A DNA stretch of 64,000 bases from a bacterium (GTDB lineage: Bacteria > UBA8248): positions 256,001 through 320,000 of the forward strand of contig CBDCRP010000002.1 of the NCBI GenBank assembly GCA_965221165.1, in the 5' to 3' direction. The translations under genes and the position numbers were made by a program. The notes beneath the pieces are model-generated. The model was given only the letters and a program-made list of their open reading frames with translations. It was not told the origin of the DNA and did no database searches. This document shows positions 1 through 10,241 of the stretch, piece after piece. Every line of letters begins with the position of its first letter. The first letter of the stretch is position 1.

Positions 1-54
1 TTCATTGTCCAGTTCAATTTTCAGTCCGTTGCGAAAATCACTTGTCGAGGGCAT
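1..54 (-). CDS. efp: Elongation factor P, N-terminal fragment (runs off window)
   Basis: Manual translation [18 protein letters not shown] matches the EF-P N-terminus; GGAGG RBS upstream; classic aroQ-pepP-efp synteny. Confidence 0.9.
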   Translation of the reverse strand, partial: MPSTSDFRNGLKIELDNE

Positions 55-86
55 CGAATCGAAAAACCTCCTGATGATGAAAATAG

Positions 87-1160
87 CTACAAAACAACGA
101 GTTCTTTCGTTATCGAACGAGTCAGCACTTGTTTTCCCCGCTCCGTGACGAGAACCATATCCTCGATTCTCACTCCGCCCCAGCGGGGGAGGTATATGCC
201 GGGCTCCACCGTCACGACCATGCCCGGCTCGAGTTCCTGCTTCACGCCCGGCCCGAGCCGGGGGGCTTCGTGGATATAAAGCCCCAGGCCGTGGCCCGTT
301 CCGTGCCCGAAGGCGTCGCCATAGCCATGTCCTGCAATAATATCGCGCGCGGCCTTGTCCACGTCCCCGCAGAGAACGCCCGGCTTCACGGCCTCGAGCG
401 CCGCGATTTGAGCCTCCAGAACGATATCGTAAATTTTTTCGCCCTTGGGCGATGGCCTGCCCAGGGAGAACACGCGCGTGGTATCCGCATGGTAGCCCGA
501 CACCACGGCACCGAAATCGATGGTGATGAGGTCGCCCTTTTTGAGTTTTCTCGACGAGGCGACGCCGTGCGGGAGGGCCGAGCGAGGACCCGAGGCGACG
601 ATGGTGTCGAAAGCAGGACCGGAAGCCCCTCTTCTCCTCATCGCGTTCTCGAGGTCGAGCGCGACGTCCGATTCGGCGCGCCCCGGACGAATCAATTCCG
701 CAGTCTCGCCGAGCGCCTCGGCGCTCACCCTGGCGCCCCGCCTTAATTTTTGGATCTCGCCTGAACCCTTGCAAAGCCTCAAACCTTCCACGAGGCCCGA
801 GACGGGCTTCAAGCGCACCCCCTTGGCGAGTTTTCGCATTTGCCTGAAAACCCCGTGGGTGAGGTGCGCCTCCTCGAAGGCGAGCGCTTTCGCCCTGGTT
901 TTTCCGAGTTCCTTTACGATTCCCTCAATCGGGGAGGAATGCTCGGCGCGGCGATAGTCGGGGTCCACTTCTTTCGCCGCCTGTGAGCGGTACCTGAAAT
1001 CCGTGATGAAAACGGCGCGTCTCGGAGAAATCAGGCACGCGCCGGCCGAGCCGGTGAATCCGGTGAGATAGTTGATGTTCCTCATGTTCGTCACGGCGAA
1101 AGCGGAGAAACCCTCCCGCCGCATCGCTTTTCTCAAGGCGCGCAGACGCTGCTTCATCAT
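87..1160 (-). CDS. Xaa-Pro aminopeptidase (M24B family)
   Basis: [40 protein letters not shown] motifs; ATG at 1160 overlaps aroQ stop (ATGA). Confidence 0.92.
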   Translation of the reverse strand: MMKQRLRALRKAMRREGFSAFAVTNMRNINYLTGFTGSAGACLISPRRAVFITDFRYRSQAAKEVDPDYRRAEHSSPIEGIVKELGKTRAKALAFEEAHLTHGVFRQMRKLAKGVRLKPVSGLVEGLRLCKGSGEIQKLRRGARVSAEALGETAELIRPGRAESDVALDLENAMRRRGASGPAFDTIVASGPRSALPHGVASSRKLKKGDLITIDFGAVVSGYHADTTRVFSLGRPSPKGEKIYDIVLEAQIAALEAVKPGVLCGDVDKAARDIIAGHGYGDAFGHGTGHGLGLYIHEAPRLGPGVKQELEPGMVVTVEPGIYLPRWGGVRIEDMVLVTERGKQVLTRSITKELVVL

Positions 1161-1651
1161 GCCTCCGGCGGAAATTTCAGCGCCTTGACGTGGCGATCGA
1201 TCGCCGCCTGTAAAGCCAGGGCGTAACCTTCCAGGCCATACCCGATGATGCTTCCCGCCGCCACGGGCCCGATCATCGAACGATGCCTGAAATCCTCGCG
1301 CTTCAAGACGTTGGAGATATGCACCTCGTAGACGGGCATTTCCAGGCCGCCTACCGCGTCTCTGAGCGCGACGCTGGTATGGGTGTATCCTCCCGGATTG
1401 AAGATGCAGGCGGCGCATTCACCCGACGGCGCCATACCCGCGTGAGGTGGTTTGGCGCCCCCCGCGCGCTGGAGCGCGTCGATGAGTTCTCCCTCTACGT
1501 TGGATTGAAGGCACTCCAGGTCCACCCCTTCATCCCCCGCCATCCGGGTGAGGGCCGACTCGAGTTCGGCCAGCGTGGTCTTGCCGTACACCTCGGGCTC
1601 GCGCTTGCCCAGCAGATTGAGATTCGGACCATTCAGAAGCAGTATTCTCAT
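1157..1651 (-). CDS. aroQ: Type II 3-dehydroquinate dehydratase
   Basis: LNGPNLNLLGKREPEVYG, NPGGYTHTSVALRDA, EVHISN motifs. Confidence 0.97.
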   Translation of the reverse strand: MRILLLNGPNLNLLGKREPEVYGKTTLAELESALTRMAGDEGVDLECLQSNVEGELIDALQRAGGAKPPHAGMAPSGECAACIFNPGGYTHTSVALRDAVGGLEMPVYEVHISNVLKREDFRHRSMIGPVAAGSIIGYGLEGYALALQAAIDRHVKALKFPPEA

Positions 1652-1756
1652 AGGTTTACCCAAAGAGGATGTTTCGCATCATACGGGCGCGGAATCTGGT
1701 GGGGAATGGTAGAAAAGACGGGCGATGGCGTCAATGAACAATAGCCGCCGAACCCG

Positions 1757-2842
1757 TTACGAACCAGCGAGCGCGCCTCGCCACAAGCGGGGCGAGACCT
1801 CGACGCCCGGGTCCACCTTCCCGATTTTTCGCATCAAGACGAACTGCGGGCTCCCCCGGCGCGTTTTTTTGTCACTGGCGAGCAGTTTTTTCAAAACCGG
1901 GAGTTTCGGCGGCTCCTTCATGTTCGTGGGCAGTCCGAAACGCTCCAGCAGAACGGTCAACCTCTCCACGTCTTTTTGCGCGCAGCGCCCCATTTCGCAA
2001 GATATCCTACTCGCCGCAGACATGCCGATGGCGACGGCTTCCCCGTGGAGCAGCTTGGAGGAATAGCCCGCCAACGCCTCTACCGCGTGTCCGAGCGTGT
2101 GTCCATAGTTCAGTATTTGCCTCAAGCCCGCTTCGTGCTCATCCTGCTCGACGACTTTCGCCTTGATCCGGCAATTCGAGGCGACGACCCTCTCCATCAC
2201 GCTGTTGTCGCGATGGAGAATTTTCTCCTCGTTTTTCTCCAAAAAGGCGAAAAGGCGGCTATCCGCAATGGCCGCGTGTTTCACCACCTCGGCCAGCCCC
2301 GCCTTGAATTCACGCTCGGGCAAAGTTCCGAGGGACGACGTATCGCTCACCACCGCCGTCGGCTGGTGAAACGCGCCCACGAGGTTCTTCCCGAGTTTGT
2401 GGTCAATCGCCGTCTTGCCGCCCACGGCGCTGTCCACCTGGGCCAAAAGCGTCGTCGGCGCCTGAATGTAGGGGATCCCCCTCAAAAAGACGGCGGCCGC
2501 GAATCCGGTGATATCACCTACGACGCCGCCGCCCAAAGCGATGGCGCCACAGCCTCTGTCCAGCTTCAAGGACGCCATCTTGTCCAGTATTCTCGATAGC
2601 CGGCGTAGGGATTTGCTCGCCTCCCCCGCCGGAATCCTGAGCAAAGACGCTTGAACGCCCGCGCCCGCAAGCAAGCCCAGAGTATTCTCGCCATACAGCG
2701 GCGCCACGTTGTCGTCCGTGACGAGGAGCGCTCTTTTGCCGCTGAAATGGCGGAGGGAGATTTTCCCGATATCTTCGAGCGCGTTCGCGGCGATTCGAAT
2801 CGTGTAGGAGCGCTCTCCCAAATGAACCCGTATGTTCTTCAC
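1757..2842 (-). CDS. aroB: 3-dehydroquinate synthase
   Basis: GGGVVGD, PTTLLAQVDSAVGGKT, KNLVGAFHQP, LNYGHTLGHA, HGEAV motifs. Confidence 0.97.
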   Translation of the reverse strand: MKNIRVHLGERSYTIRIAANALEDIGKISLRHFSGKRALLVTDDNVAPLYGENTLGLLAGAGVQASLLRIPAGEASKSLRRLSRILDKMASLKLDRGCGAIALGGGVVGDITGFAAAVFLRGIPYIQAPTTLLAQVDSAVGGKTAIDHKLGKNLVGAFHQPTAVVSDTSSLGTLPEREFKAGLAEVVKHAAIADSRLFAFLEKNEEKILHRDNSVMERVVASNCRIKAKVVEQDEHEAGLRQILNYGHTLGHAVEALAGYSSKLLHGEAVAIGMSAASRISCEMGRCAQKDVERLTVLLERFGLPTNMKEPPKLPVLKKLLASDKKTRRGSPQFVLMRKIGKVDPGVEVSPRLWRGALAGS

Positions 2843-3894
2843 CGAGCCTCCACCGCGCGATAGGCCAGGCCCGCGCCGATGGCGGCGATGGGAGCCAGGA
2901 ACTCTATGAAATTCGAATCGAAACGCTCGTCGGGCACCTCGACATGACGAAAGGGCTTGAGGATTTTCACGGGCACATCGAGCGCCGTGGCCAAACGCGC
3001 CGGCAGACCCGCCAAGAAAGCGCCGCCGCCGGACAGGACCACCCGGTCAACGTGCGGAGCAGGCGATATCCGCCATATCAACCGAAGCGTTCGCCCCAGC
3101 TCAAAAGCCAGCTTGTCCACTTCCGCGTGGATGGTTTCGGCCACGGCGCCCGGATCGGGAGAAGGCGCCTTCCCCAGCTTGACGGCCTCCGCTTCTTTCA
3201 GCGGAATCGCCAAACGGTTCGCCAATGCTCTCGTCACCCTCGCCCCGCCGAATGGAATGGCGCGCGTAATCAAAATGTGCTCATCGCGCAGAACGGTCAC
3301 CAAAGTCTCGGATGCGCCGACATCCACCAAAGCGACCGTTTCTCCTTCTTCGCGCATTCCCGAGAGTTCGAAAGCGCTTTCCAGCGCCAAGTGGTTCACA
3401 TCCACTATCACCGGCTCATACTCGATGCTCTTCAAGAAATCGAGCAGTTCCTCGAATGGTTTCCGCCTCACGGCTATCATCAAATACTCATCCACGCGCA
3501 TCCCATATTTTTCGTATCGGCCGATTCGCAGATGGGATAAACGCACCTCGTCCAGGGGGACGGGCAGCACCTGCATCGCCTCCGCCTCCAGGGCGTCGAT
3601 GACGGGAAAATCCTCTTCCGCGTGCAGGAGCACCGTCCTCAGCATGGCCGCCTTGCCCGGCAGCGCCACGACAACCTTTTTATCTTCTCCCTCCCCTGCG
3701 GGGAGCAATTTCTCCAGCGCTCGCTTGACCTCCCCGGGGTCGCGCACGAAGCCGCCTTGTACGGCGCCCGGAGCCAGGGAAACCGCACCCAGACGAGAGA
3801 GGAGAAGACGCTCGTCTCTCTTTTCGAGTTTCACCAGCTTAACGGCGGAACTCCCGATATCAATGGCCACAGGATAGGTCGAATCACCAGACAC
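2839..3894 (-). CDS. pilM: Type IV pilus assembly protein PilM (actin-like)
   Basis: IDIGSSAVKLV, ALVDVGASET, IPFGG, LSGGGA, AIGAGLA motifs. Confidence 0.88.
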   Translation of the reverse strand: MSGDSTYPVAIDIGSSAVKLVKLEKRDERLLLSRLGAVSLAPGAVQGGFVRDPGEVKRALEKLLPAGEGEDKKVVVALPGKAAMLRTVLLHAEEDFPVIDALEAEAMQVLPVPLDEVRLSHLRIGRYEKYGMRVDEYLMIAVRRKPFEELLDFLKSIEYEPVIVDVNHLALESAFELSGMREEGETVALVDVGASETLVTVLRDEHILITRAIPFGGARVTRALANRLAIPLKEAEAVKLGKAPSPDPGAVAETIHAEVDKLAFELGRTLRLIWRISPAPHVDRVVLSGGGAFLAGLPARLATALDVPVKILKPFRHVEVPDERFDSNFIEFLAPIAAIGAGLAYRAVEAR

Positions 3895-3920
3895 GATAGT
3901 TCTCTATCCGGAGAAAAATG

Positions 3921-4946
3921 TTAGAACAGCCGAATCGGCGCCAAGGTAAACGTACATACCAGGATCATCATACACCCAAATCCCCAAAAACGCCTCTTTC
4001 GCGTCAGGGGCTCCCACTCATCCATCAACGGTGGATGACGCCTGCCCAACAGAAGCACTATCGCGCTCCACAAAATCCAGCCGGGCCACCAGTATCCCAT
4101 CACCAGCAAAACGAGGCCAATCGCGACCGACACCTTCGCGTGCCACCTGCCGAGAAGCGTGTAGGTAATGTGTCCCCCGTCGAGTTGTCCGGCAGGTATC
4201 AGATTCAAGGACGTCACCAACAACCCGCACCAGCCCGCAAAGGCCACCGGGTGGAGAAGAATATCCCGACCCTCGGGAACGGGGCCATACACGAGCCATG
4301 CGATGCCGTCGAACAAAAGAGGGGAACCCAGCCCGATTCCGCCCGAAACCCCCTCGGGCGTGAGCCTGGACATCATCAACCCGATGAACACGGCCGGAAC
4401 CGCGGCGGCCAGACCGGCCAGCGGCCCCGCTACGGCCACGTCCATCAGCGCGTTCCGGTTCCGAATTCTTCCGCGTATCCGGATGACCGCGCCGAACGTG
4501 CCCAAAAAAGAGGGGGCAGGCAAAAAATAGGGCAAAGATGCGTCCACCCCCCATTTTCGGCTCGCGACGTAATGGCCCATCTCATGCGCGCCGAGAATCA
4601 TCAGCAGCGTCAACGAATAGGGGAGTCCAACCAGCAGGAGAGATGGGCGGCCCCAGACGGCGTCCGGCGTAACGCCGCGCTGGAGCGCGCCCGCAAGCAA
4701 GGTGGAAAGCAACGTCAGCGCAAACATCAACCCGGGAACGCCCAGAGTTCTCCAGGAGGCGGCGCGCGCGCCTGCCCCGCGCTCGAAACGACCGACGCCG
4801 GCGGGGCCCGCTTCTCGCGCCGGGGGCGGGAACGGGTCTCCCCGGGACCCGGGATCGCCCACTCGCTCATCCAATTCTTTTGCTTCACCCGGGGTGGCAT
4901 GAAGGGGACGACCGGCCGGCCCGAGGTTTCCTGCTTGCTCGTTCAA
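3921..4946 (-). CDS. Site-2 protease family (M50) membrane metalloprotease; start uncertain
   Basis: HEMGH, AGPLAG, NLIPAGQLDGGH motifs; multiple hydrophobic segments. Confidence 0.92.
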   Translation of the reverse strand: MNEQAGNLGPAGRPLHATPGEAKELDERVGDPGSRGDPFPPPAREAGPAGVGRFERGAGARAASWRTLGVPGLMFALTLLSTLLAGALQRGVTPDAVWGRPSLLLVGLPYSLTLLMILGAHEMGHYVASRKWGVDASLPYFLPAPSFLGTFGAVIRIRGRIRNRNALMDVAVAGPLAGLAAAVPAVFIGLMMSRLTPEGVSGGIGLGSPLLFDGIAWLVYGPVPEGRDILLHPVAFAGWCGLLVTSLNLIPAGQLDGGHITYTLLGRWHAKVSVAIGLVLLVMGYWWPGWILWSAIVLLLGRRHPPLMDEWEPLTRKRRFWGFGCMMILVCTFTLAPIRLF

Positions 4947-5025
4947 TCGCCGCGTCTCCGGGGGGTGAGGAGAAAAAATCGCGCATCCAGAAAAATTCTA
5001 ACCCAACCCGCATGATTCATGCACC

Positions 5026-5054
5026 TTGACACCTCACCTCTCAATTCCTACCCT
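5026..5054 (+). promoter_or_regulatory. Putative sigma70 promoter of the LppC-like gene
   Basis: TTGACA-17 nt-TACCCT upstream of ATG 5089. Confidence 0.5.
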
Positions 5055-5088
5055 CGCGTTTGACGCAGTCCGCCCACGAGAAAAAAAG

Positions 5089-7182
5089 ATGCCAAAAACC
5101 ATCATGAAATCCATCATCGTCGCCTCTCTCGCCGCGCTGCTCGTTTCAGGATGCAGAGCAGGCCCGGGTTCCGACACCTCCCCCACCGTCAAGCAAGCCG
5201 CTCCCCTTCCCGTCCAGGAGACGACGCCCGCTCCCGAACCCGCGCCGACGCCAGGGCGGAACGCTCAAAAAGCGCTCGCCGCAACCGCAGGAAGATGGTC
5301 GGCGCCCGCCCCGTCGCCCCCGGAGAGATCGGCGGCATCATTGAAGGCGAAGTCGAAAAAAAATCCGAACCCTCCCGACGCCGACAAGACGCTGCTCGAC
5401 ATCGCAAAGCACCAACTCGGGCGCGGAAACCTAACGGCGGCGGCGGGGAGCCTGAAACGATTTCAGGAGAAATTCCCTCTCTCGCCCCTGTATCCCGAGA
5501 GCGTGTTTTATCTCGGCCTGGCGCTTCAGGCCTCGGGCCGGCACGGGGAGGCGTGGATTTCCCTCAGAAGCAGCCTGAGCGGGGAGACCAGCCCCGAAAG
5601 ACGCGCCCTGCTCGAAGCCTCCCTGGGTGAGGTGTATGAAGCGCGAGGTGACGCTCTTTCCGCCCTGCTCTCCTATGCGCGCGCCATGAGGAGCGACCCG
5701 GAAATTTTCCGCAAGGACACCCTCATCGGGCGCATCGAGGCGCTCGCGAAAAAAATCGCGCCGCACCAGCTTCGCTCGGCGGTCGAGCGTTTTGCACAAT
5801 CCCCCGCAGGCCCCTATATGCAAGCTGCCCTGGCGGATCGGGAACGGCGGGAGAAGCGCTCCGATCCCCCGCGCGTCCCTGATTCCGGGCAAGCGGAAAC
5901 GGACACGCCCGAAGGCGTGGCGCGCACACCAGATGCGGAGCCGGCCTTGAATTCCGGGCGCGTGGGCATCATGCTGCCGCTCTCGGGTCCCGCCGCCGCA
6001 GCGGGGGAGCGCGTCTATCAGGGGGTCCAACTGGCGCTTCGGCACAGTCTGGCGAAATATCCGGGTCTCAGGATTCAACTCTCCGTCCGCGACACGAAGA
6101 GCATGGCCCAATCCGCGGGCCAGGCGGCGGAGGTCGCGGCCGAATTGATCGAGAAAGAAAAGGCGGTCGCCCTCATCGGCCCGCTTCTCACCAGAGCGGC
6201 GGAATCTTCCGCCGAAGTCGCGAACCGCCTGGCAACCCCCATGCTCACGCCGTTTGCGGCGGGAATGGAAATGAACCGGGATTTCGCCTGGGTTTTTCGG
6301 AACTCGCTCACGAACCGCCTCCAGGCGCAAGGCGCGGCCGCCTACGCCATCGAGCATCTCGGGGTGCGGCGCTTCGCCGTCCTACACCCCGAGAACCGGG
6401 ATGGAAACGAACTGACCGACGCCTTCACCCAGGCGGTGGCGAACCTGGGAGGCGAGGTCGTCAAGATCGTTTCTTTCCCGGAAAACGCCACCGACTTCGG
6501 AGCGCAAATGCGCGCCCTCGGCGGCATGGACGACAGGCAACTCAAGAGAACGAAACTCTCACGGGGGCTCGGCAAATCGGACCCGTACCAGATTCGGCTG
6601 AATTTCGACGCGCTCTTCGTTCCCGTCCATCACGACAAGGCGGTTCTCATCGCGCCGCAGATCCTCTTCTACAACATGCACGAGGTCAGGCTCCTGGGCG
6701 GCAGCGGATGGAACAACCCTCGCCTGCTCGAACACGGGGAGCGCTACGTGGAGGGTGCGGTCTTCGTCGATGGGTTTTTCGCCGATTCGGCGGAGCCCAA
6801 GGTCGCGCGCTTCGTCCATGCGTTCAGCAACATTTTCGGCCGAACGCCCGATATTTTTTCCGCCCTGGGCTACGATGCGGCGCAAATCATCTTCACGGCA
6901 ATCGCACAGGGCGCCAGGACACGCGAGGACGTGAGACGATACCTCGCTACCCTCAAGGGTTTCGACGGCGTCATGGGCCTGACGGACATGGGGGCGGACA
7001 ACGACGCGCAGCGCCAGTTGTTCGTGCTCTCTGTCAGCAGGAAAAAGATTCATCACCTGCAGATGGTCACGCCGCACAGGAGGTTTGCGCACGGGGCGGC
7101 CAGACCGACCTGGAGAGATAACGCATTACTCTCCCCGGCCCTGAACCCGGCGCTCCAAGCAAGCGCAGCGCCGAATCCCTAA
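5089..7182 (+). CDS. Lipoprotein with TPR region and LppC/LpoA-like periplasmic binding domain (penicillin-binding protein activator family)
   Basis: Lipobox LVSGC; Pro-rich linker; TPR-like FQEKFPLSPLYPESVFYLG; VGIMLPLSG, IGPL, ALGYDAA. Confidence 0.8.
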   Translation: MPKTIMKSIIVASLAALLVSGCRAGPGSDTSPTVKQAAPLPVQETTPAPEPAPTPGRNAQKALAATAGRWSAPAPSPPERSAASLKAKSKKNPNPPDADKTLLDIAKHQLGRGNLTAAAGSLKRFQEKFPLSPLYPESVFYLGLALQASGRHGEAWISLRSSLSGETSPERRALLEASLGEVYEARGDALSALLSYARAMRSDPEIFRKDTLIGRIEALAKKIAPHQLRSAVERFAQSPAGPYMQAALADRERREKRSDPPRVPDSGQAETDTPEGVARTPDAEPALNSGRVGIMLPLSGPAAAAGERVYQGVQLALRHSLAKYPGLRIQLSVRDTKSMAQSAGQAAEVAAELIEKEKAVALIGPLLTRAAESSAEVANRLATPMLTPFAAGMEMNRDFAWVFRNSLTNRLQAQGAAAYAIEHLGVRRFAVLHPENRDGNELTDAFTQAVANLGGEVVKIVSFPENATDFGAQMRALGGMDDRQLKRTKLSRGLGKSDPYQIRLNFDALFVPVHHDKAVLIAPQILFYNMHEVRLLGGSGWNNPRLLEHGERYVEGAVFVDGFFADSAEPKVARFVHAFSNIFGRTPDIFSALGYDAAQIIFTAIAQGARTREDVRRYLATLKGFDGVMGLTDMGADNDAQRQLFVLSVSRKKIHHLQMVTPHRRFAHGAARPTWRDNALLSPALNPALQASAAPNP

Positions 7183-7231
7183 AACCTTAAGGCCTGTTCC
7201 CTGAAACGAGCGCCCCACGCAGTTCAACCCC

Positions 7232-8014
7232 TCAAATCTGAATCGCGCCGCACGAGATGGTGTAGGCCTGCCCGGTGATGCCGCCCGCATCTTCGCTCGC
7301 GAGATAAAGGGCCATCGCGGCGACCTCCTCGGGCGCCAGAAAACGCCCCATCGGAATGTCGTCGTGCAAACGATTCATCACCGCCTCCCCGCTCTCTCCC
7401 CCATCCGCATGTTTGGCGAGACCTTCCCGGAAGGTGTCAACTAGACCCGTGTCCACGAAGCCCGGGCAAATCGCGTTCACGGTGACGCCCGCACCGGCGG
7501 CCTCGAGCGCCACCGAGCGAACCAGACCCAGAACCCCGTGTTTCGCCGCATGGTAGGCGCTTCGGTTCGCCCCGCCGATTTTGCCCGATACCGAACTTAT
7601 CGCGATGAGGCGGCCCCATCCGCTCTCGGTCATCCCCCCGATCGCCGCGCGAAAGGCGTAGAACACGCCGTTTAAGTTCACGCGCATGACTTCATCCCAA
7701 AGGGCGTCCGTGGTCTCACCCAGCGGCGCATGGATGAGCGCACCCGCGTTGGCGACCAGAATATCGACCCCGCCCAAATCACGGGCCGCGCCCTGAACCG
7801 CATCTTCCACGTTTTGAGAGTCGCCCACGTCGCAGGTGATCGCCAAAGAACGCCTCTCCTTGCGTTTTATCTCCTCGGCCACCGATTCAATTTCCGCGCG
7901 GGTTCTCGCCGCGACGGCCACGTCCGCGCCCGCATCGGCGAACCCAAGCGCGATGGCGCGGCCGATGCCCCGCCCCCCGCCGGTGATGAACGCTCGTTTG
8001 CCCTCAAGCCGCAT
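7232..8014 (-). CDS. SDR family oxidoreductase
   Basis: TGGGRGIG, NAG, YHAAK, NAICPGFVDT. Confidence 0.92.
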   Translation of the reverse strand: MRLEGKRAFITGGGRGIGRAIALGFADAGADVAVAARTRAEIESVAEEIKRKERRSLAITCDVGDSQNVEDAVQGAARDLGGVDILVANAGALIHAPLGETTDALWDEVMRVNLNGVFYAFRAAIGGMTESGWGRLIAISSVSGKIGGANRSAYHAAKHGVLGLVRSVALEAAGAGVTVNAICPGFVDTGLVDTFREGLAKHADGGESGEAVMNRLHDDIPMGRFLAPEEVAAMALYLASEDAGGITGQAYTISCGAIQI

Positions 8015-9101
8015 GGATGTGTTCTCCATCTTCCATCAGCCGGTAATGTGCGGCGAGGCGGTCGAAAAAGCTCTCCAATTGGTGGATAACGGCGTCCATA
8101 TCGTCCATCCGGTTCACCTGCTCGCGCATCGCCGAACCCCCCCGCAGCCCCTTCGTGTAGGCCGGCAGATGTTTTCGGCAGTGGAACACGGCGAGCCGCT
8201 CGCCCAGTACCTCCCGGAGGAGCCGGAAATGGCGCACCGTCATTTTCTTCTTCTCCATCAAACCCGGCGGGGCGGGCAATTCTCCGGTTTTAAGCCAACT
8301 CAAGAGCCGCGAGAAAATCCACGGATTCCCGATGGCTCCGCGCCCGATCATCAGAGCGTCCACGCCCGTGCGGCGAATCATGGCGATGGCGTCCTGGGGG
8401 CTCAAGATGCTGCCGTTCCCGAAAACGGGAACCCGCACGGCGCGCTTCACCCGCGCGATGGCTTCCAAGTCCACCGCGCCGCTGAACATGGCCTGCCGGG
8501 TTCTGCCGTGCACGGTGATGGCCTTGGCGCCCGCGTCTTCCACCGCCTTGGCGAATACTTCCGCCGAATTTTTCTCGATGGTGTCCCAGCCGGTGCGCAT
8601 CTTCACCGTCACGGGTATGCGCACCGCGCGAACCATGGCGGAGACGATTTTGTGCGCCTGTCCGGGGTATTTGAGAAGAGAGGAACCCGCCTGGCTTTTC
8701 GTTATCTTCTTGACGGGGCACCCGCAGTTGAGATCGACGATATCGGCGCCCGCCTCTTCCACCAGGGCCGCCGCTTGGCCCATCTTGGCCGGGTCCGCGC
8801 CGAACAACTGGATGGAAACCGGTTTTTCGCCCGCTTCGTTGCGCATCAGGTCGTACGTTTTCTTGTGACGCCGCACGAGGGCCTGGCTGCTCACCATCTC
8901 GGTGGCCACCATGCCTGCGCCATGCGCCTTCACCAGCGAGCGGAAGGGCAGATTCGTATAGCCCGCCATGGGCGCCATGACGAGCCGGCTCCCGACCCTC
9001 ACCCCGCCGATATCGAGGGGGCCATCGAAACCCTCCGGAGGCGGCGGCACCACTTCCAGTGACTCCTCGCATACGCTCGGACCCGCTTCTTCGGGGCGCA
9101 T
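8004..9101 (-). CDS. dusB: tRNA-dihydrouridine synthase B
   Basis: APMAGYT, QLFG, DLNCGCPVKK, VHGRTR, MIGRGAIGNPWIF. Confidence 0.92.
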   Translation of the reverse strand: MRPEEAGPSVCEESLEVVPPPPEGFDGPLDIGGVRVGSRLVMAPMAGYTNLPFRSLVKAHGAGMVATEMVSSQALVRRHKKTYDLMRNEAGEKPVSIQLFGADPAKMGQAAALVEEAGADIVDLNCGCPVKKITKSQAGSSLLKYPGQAHKIVSAMVRAVRIPVTVKMRTGWDTIEKNSAEVFAKAVEDAGAKAITVHGRTRQAMFSGAVDLEAIARVKRAVRVPVFGNGSILSPQDAIAMIRRTGVDALMIGRGAIGNPWIFSRLLSWLKTGELPAPPGLMEKKKMTVRHFRLLREVLGERLAVFHCRKHLPAYTKGLRGGSAMREQVNRMDDMDAVIHQLESFFDRLAAHYRLMEDGEHIHAA

Positions 9102-9113
9102 CAGTTGTTCCCC

Positions 9114-10241
9114 TTAAAACCGCTGTTCATTCCAGGCCTCATCCAGTTCCCAGGAGGGGTCCGCATCCATATCCGCAAAGTCCATGAATTGCCCGCGCCC
9201 GCGCTCTATCAGCTTGAAGCCGCCGGCGCAGGCGATCATCGCGGCGTTGTCGGTGCAGTATTTGCGCGCCGGGAAATGGAGCGACCACCCTTCTTTTTTC
9301 GCCCTTTCTCCCAATTGCGCGCGCAGATACGAATTCGCGGCCACGCCCCCGCTCACGGAGACGGCGGATAGTTTTTCCCGGCGAACCACCCCGCTCACCT
9401 TCTCCACCAGAACCGCCACCGCCGCTTCCTGAAAACCCGCAGCCACCGCGCACGCCACCTCTTCTGGAACTTCCTGGGGACGCGCCCAGGGGGGAAGGTC
9501 GCGATCGCTCAGATACAGGCCTCTTTTTTTCTGGTAGTTTAACACAGCCGTTTTCAAACCACTAAAGCTAAAAGCATAAGGTCTGTCTTCAAGAAATGGC
9601 CGGGGGAATTCGACGGGGTCCGAATTGCTCCCGTTCCCCTCCAAAAATCGCGCATGCAGCCGATCGACGATGGGACCGCCCGGGTAGCCCAACCCCATGA
9701 TGGCCGCCACCTTGTCATACGCCTCGCCCAGGGCGTCGTCCAGCGTGCCTCCCAAATGCGTCACCTCGCCGTGCCCGTCCACGCGATAAAAATCCGTATG
9801 CCCTCCCGAGACCACGAACCCCAGGTGAGGAAACGGAGGCGGAGCGTCGCCCTCGTTTCCGGTAGGCAGAAAAAGAGAGTGGATGTGCCCGTCGAGATGG
9901 TGCACGCCGATGAGCGGAACACCCAGGCTCCATGCCAACCCCTTCGCGGCGGACAAACCCACGAGCAGGGCCACCACCAGGCCCGGGCCGCGCGTGACCG
10001 CCACGGCTTCTATCTGCTTCGTGGAAACGGATGCTTCCTCCAGAGCCGCCTTCAGGACGGGGGAGATCATCTCCACGTGCCGGCGCGCCGCGAGTTCCGG
10101 GACCACGCCGCCGAACCGCGCATGGATATCATGCTGTGAGGCCACGACGTTGGATAAGACTTCAGGCGCAGAATCTTCCGAGAACTCCAGCACGGACGCC
10201 GCCGTCTCGTCGCAACTCGTCTCCACGCCCAGAATATACAC
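9114..10241 (-). CDS. tsaD: tRNA N6-adenosine threonylcarbamoyltransferase
   Basis: LGVETSCDET, GGVVPELAARRH, HLDGH, VSGGHT, FSFSGLKT, CTDNAAMIA; GTG start with GAGGAG RBS. Confidence 0.96.
   Translation of the reverse strand: MYILGVETSCDETAASVLEFSEDSAPEVLSNVVASQHDIHARFGGVVPELAARRHVEMISPVLKAALEEASVSTKQIEAVAVTRGPGLVVALLVGLSAAKGLAWSLGVPLIGVHHLDGHIHSLFLPTGNEGDAPPPFPHLGFVVSGGHTDFYRVDGHGEVTHLGGTLDDALGEAYDKVAAIMGLGYPGGPIVDRLHARFLEGNGSNSDPVEFPRPFLEDRPYAFSFSGLKTAVLNYQKKRGLYLSDRDLPPWARPQEVPEEVACAVAAGFQEAAVAVLVEKVSGVVRREKLSAVSVSGGVAANSYLRAQLGERAKKEGWSLHFPARKYCTDNAAMIACAGGFKLIERGRGQFMDFADMDADPSWELDEAWNEQRF

Noticed and set aside
87-1418. 443-aa ORF-track version of the peptidase
   Set aside because: The first 86 codons overlap aroQ in another frame; the real start is at 1160
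7836-9062. Long antisense ORFs over real genes (e.g. 7836-9062, 3918-5015, 41482-42657, 54859-55944, 59241-60248)
   Set aside because: Expected shadow ORFs from high-GC codon bias opposite well-supported genes
9473-9490. Small hairpin within a TsaD insertion loop
   Set aside because: A 6-bp GC stem is expected by chance at this GC content
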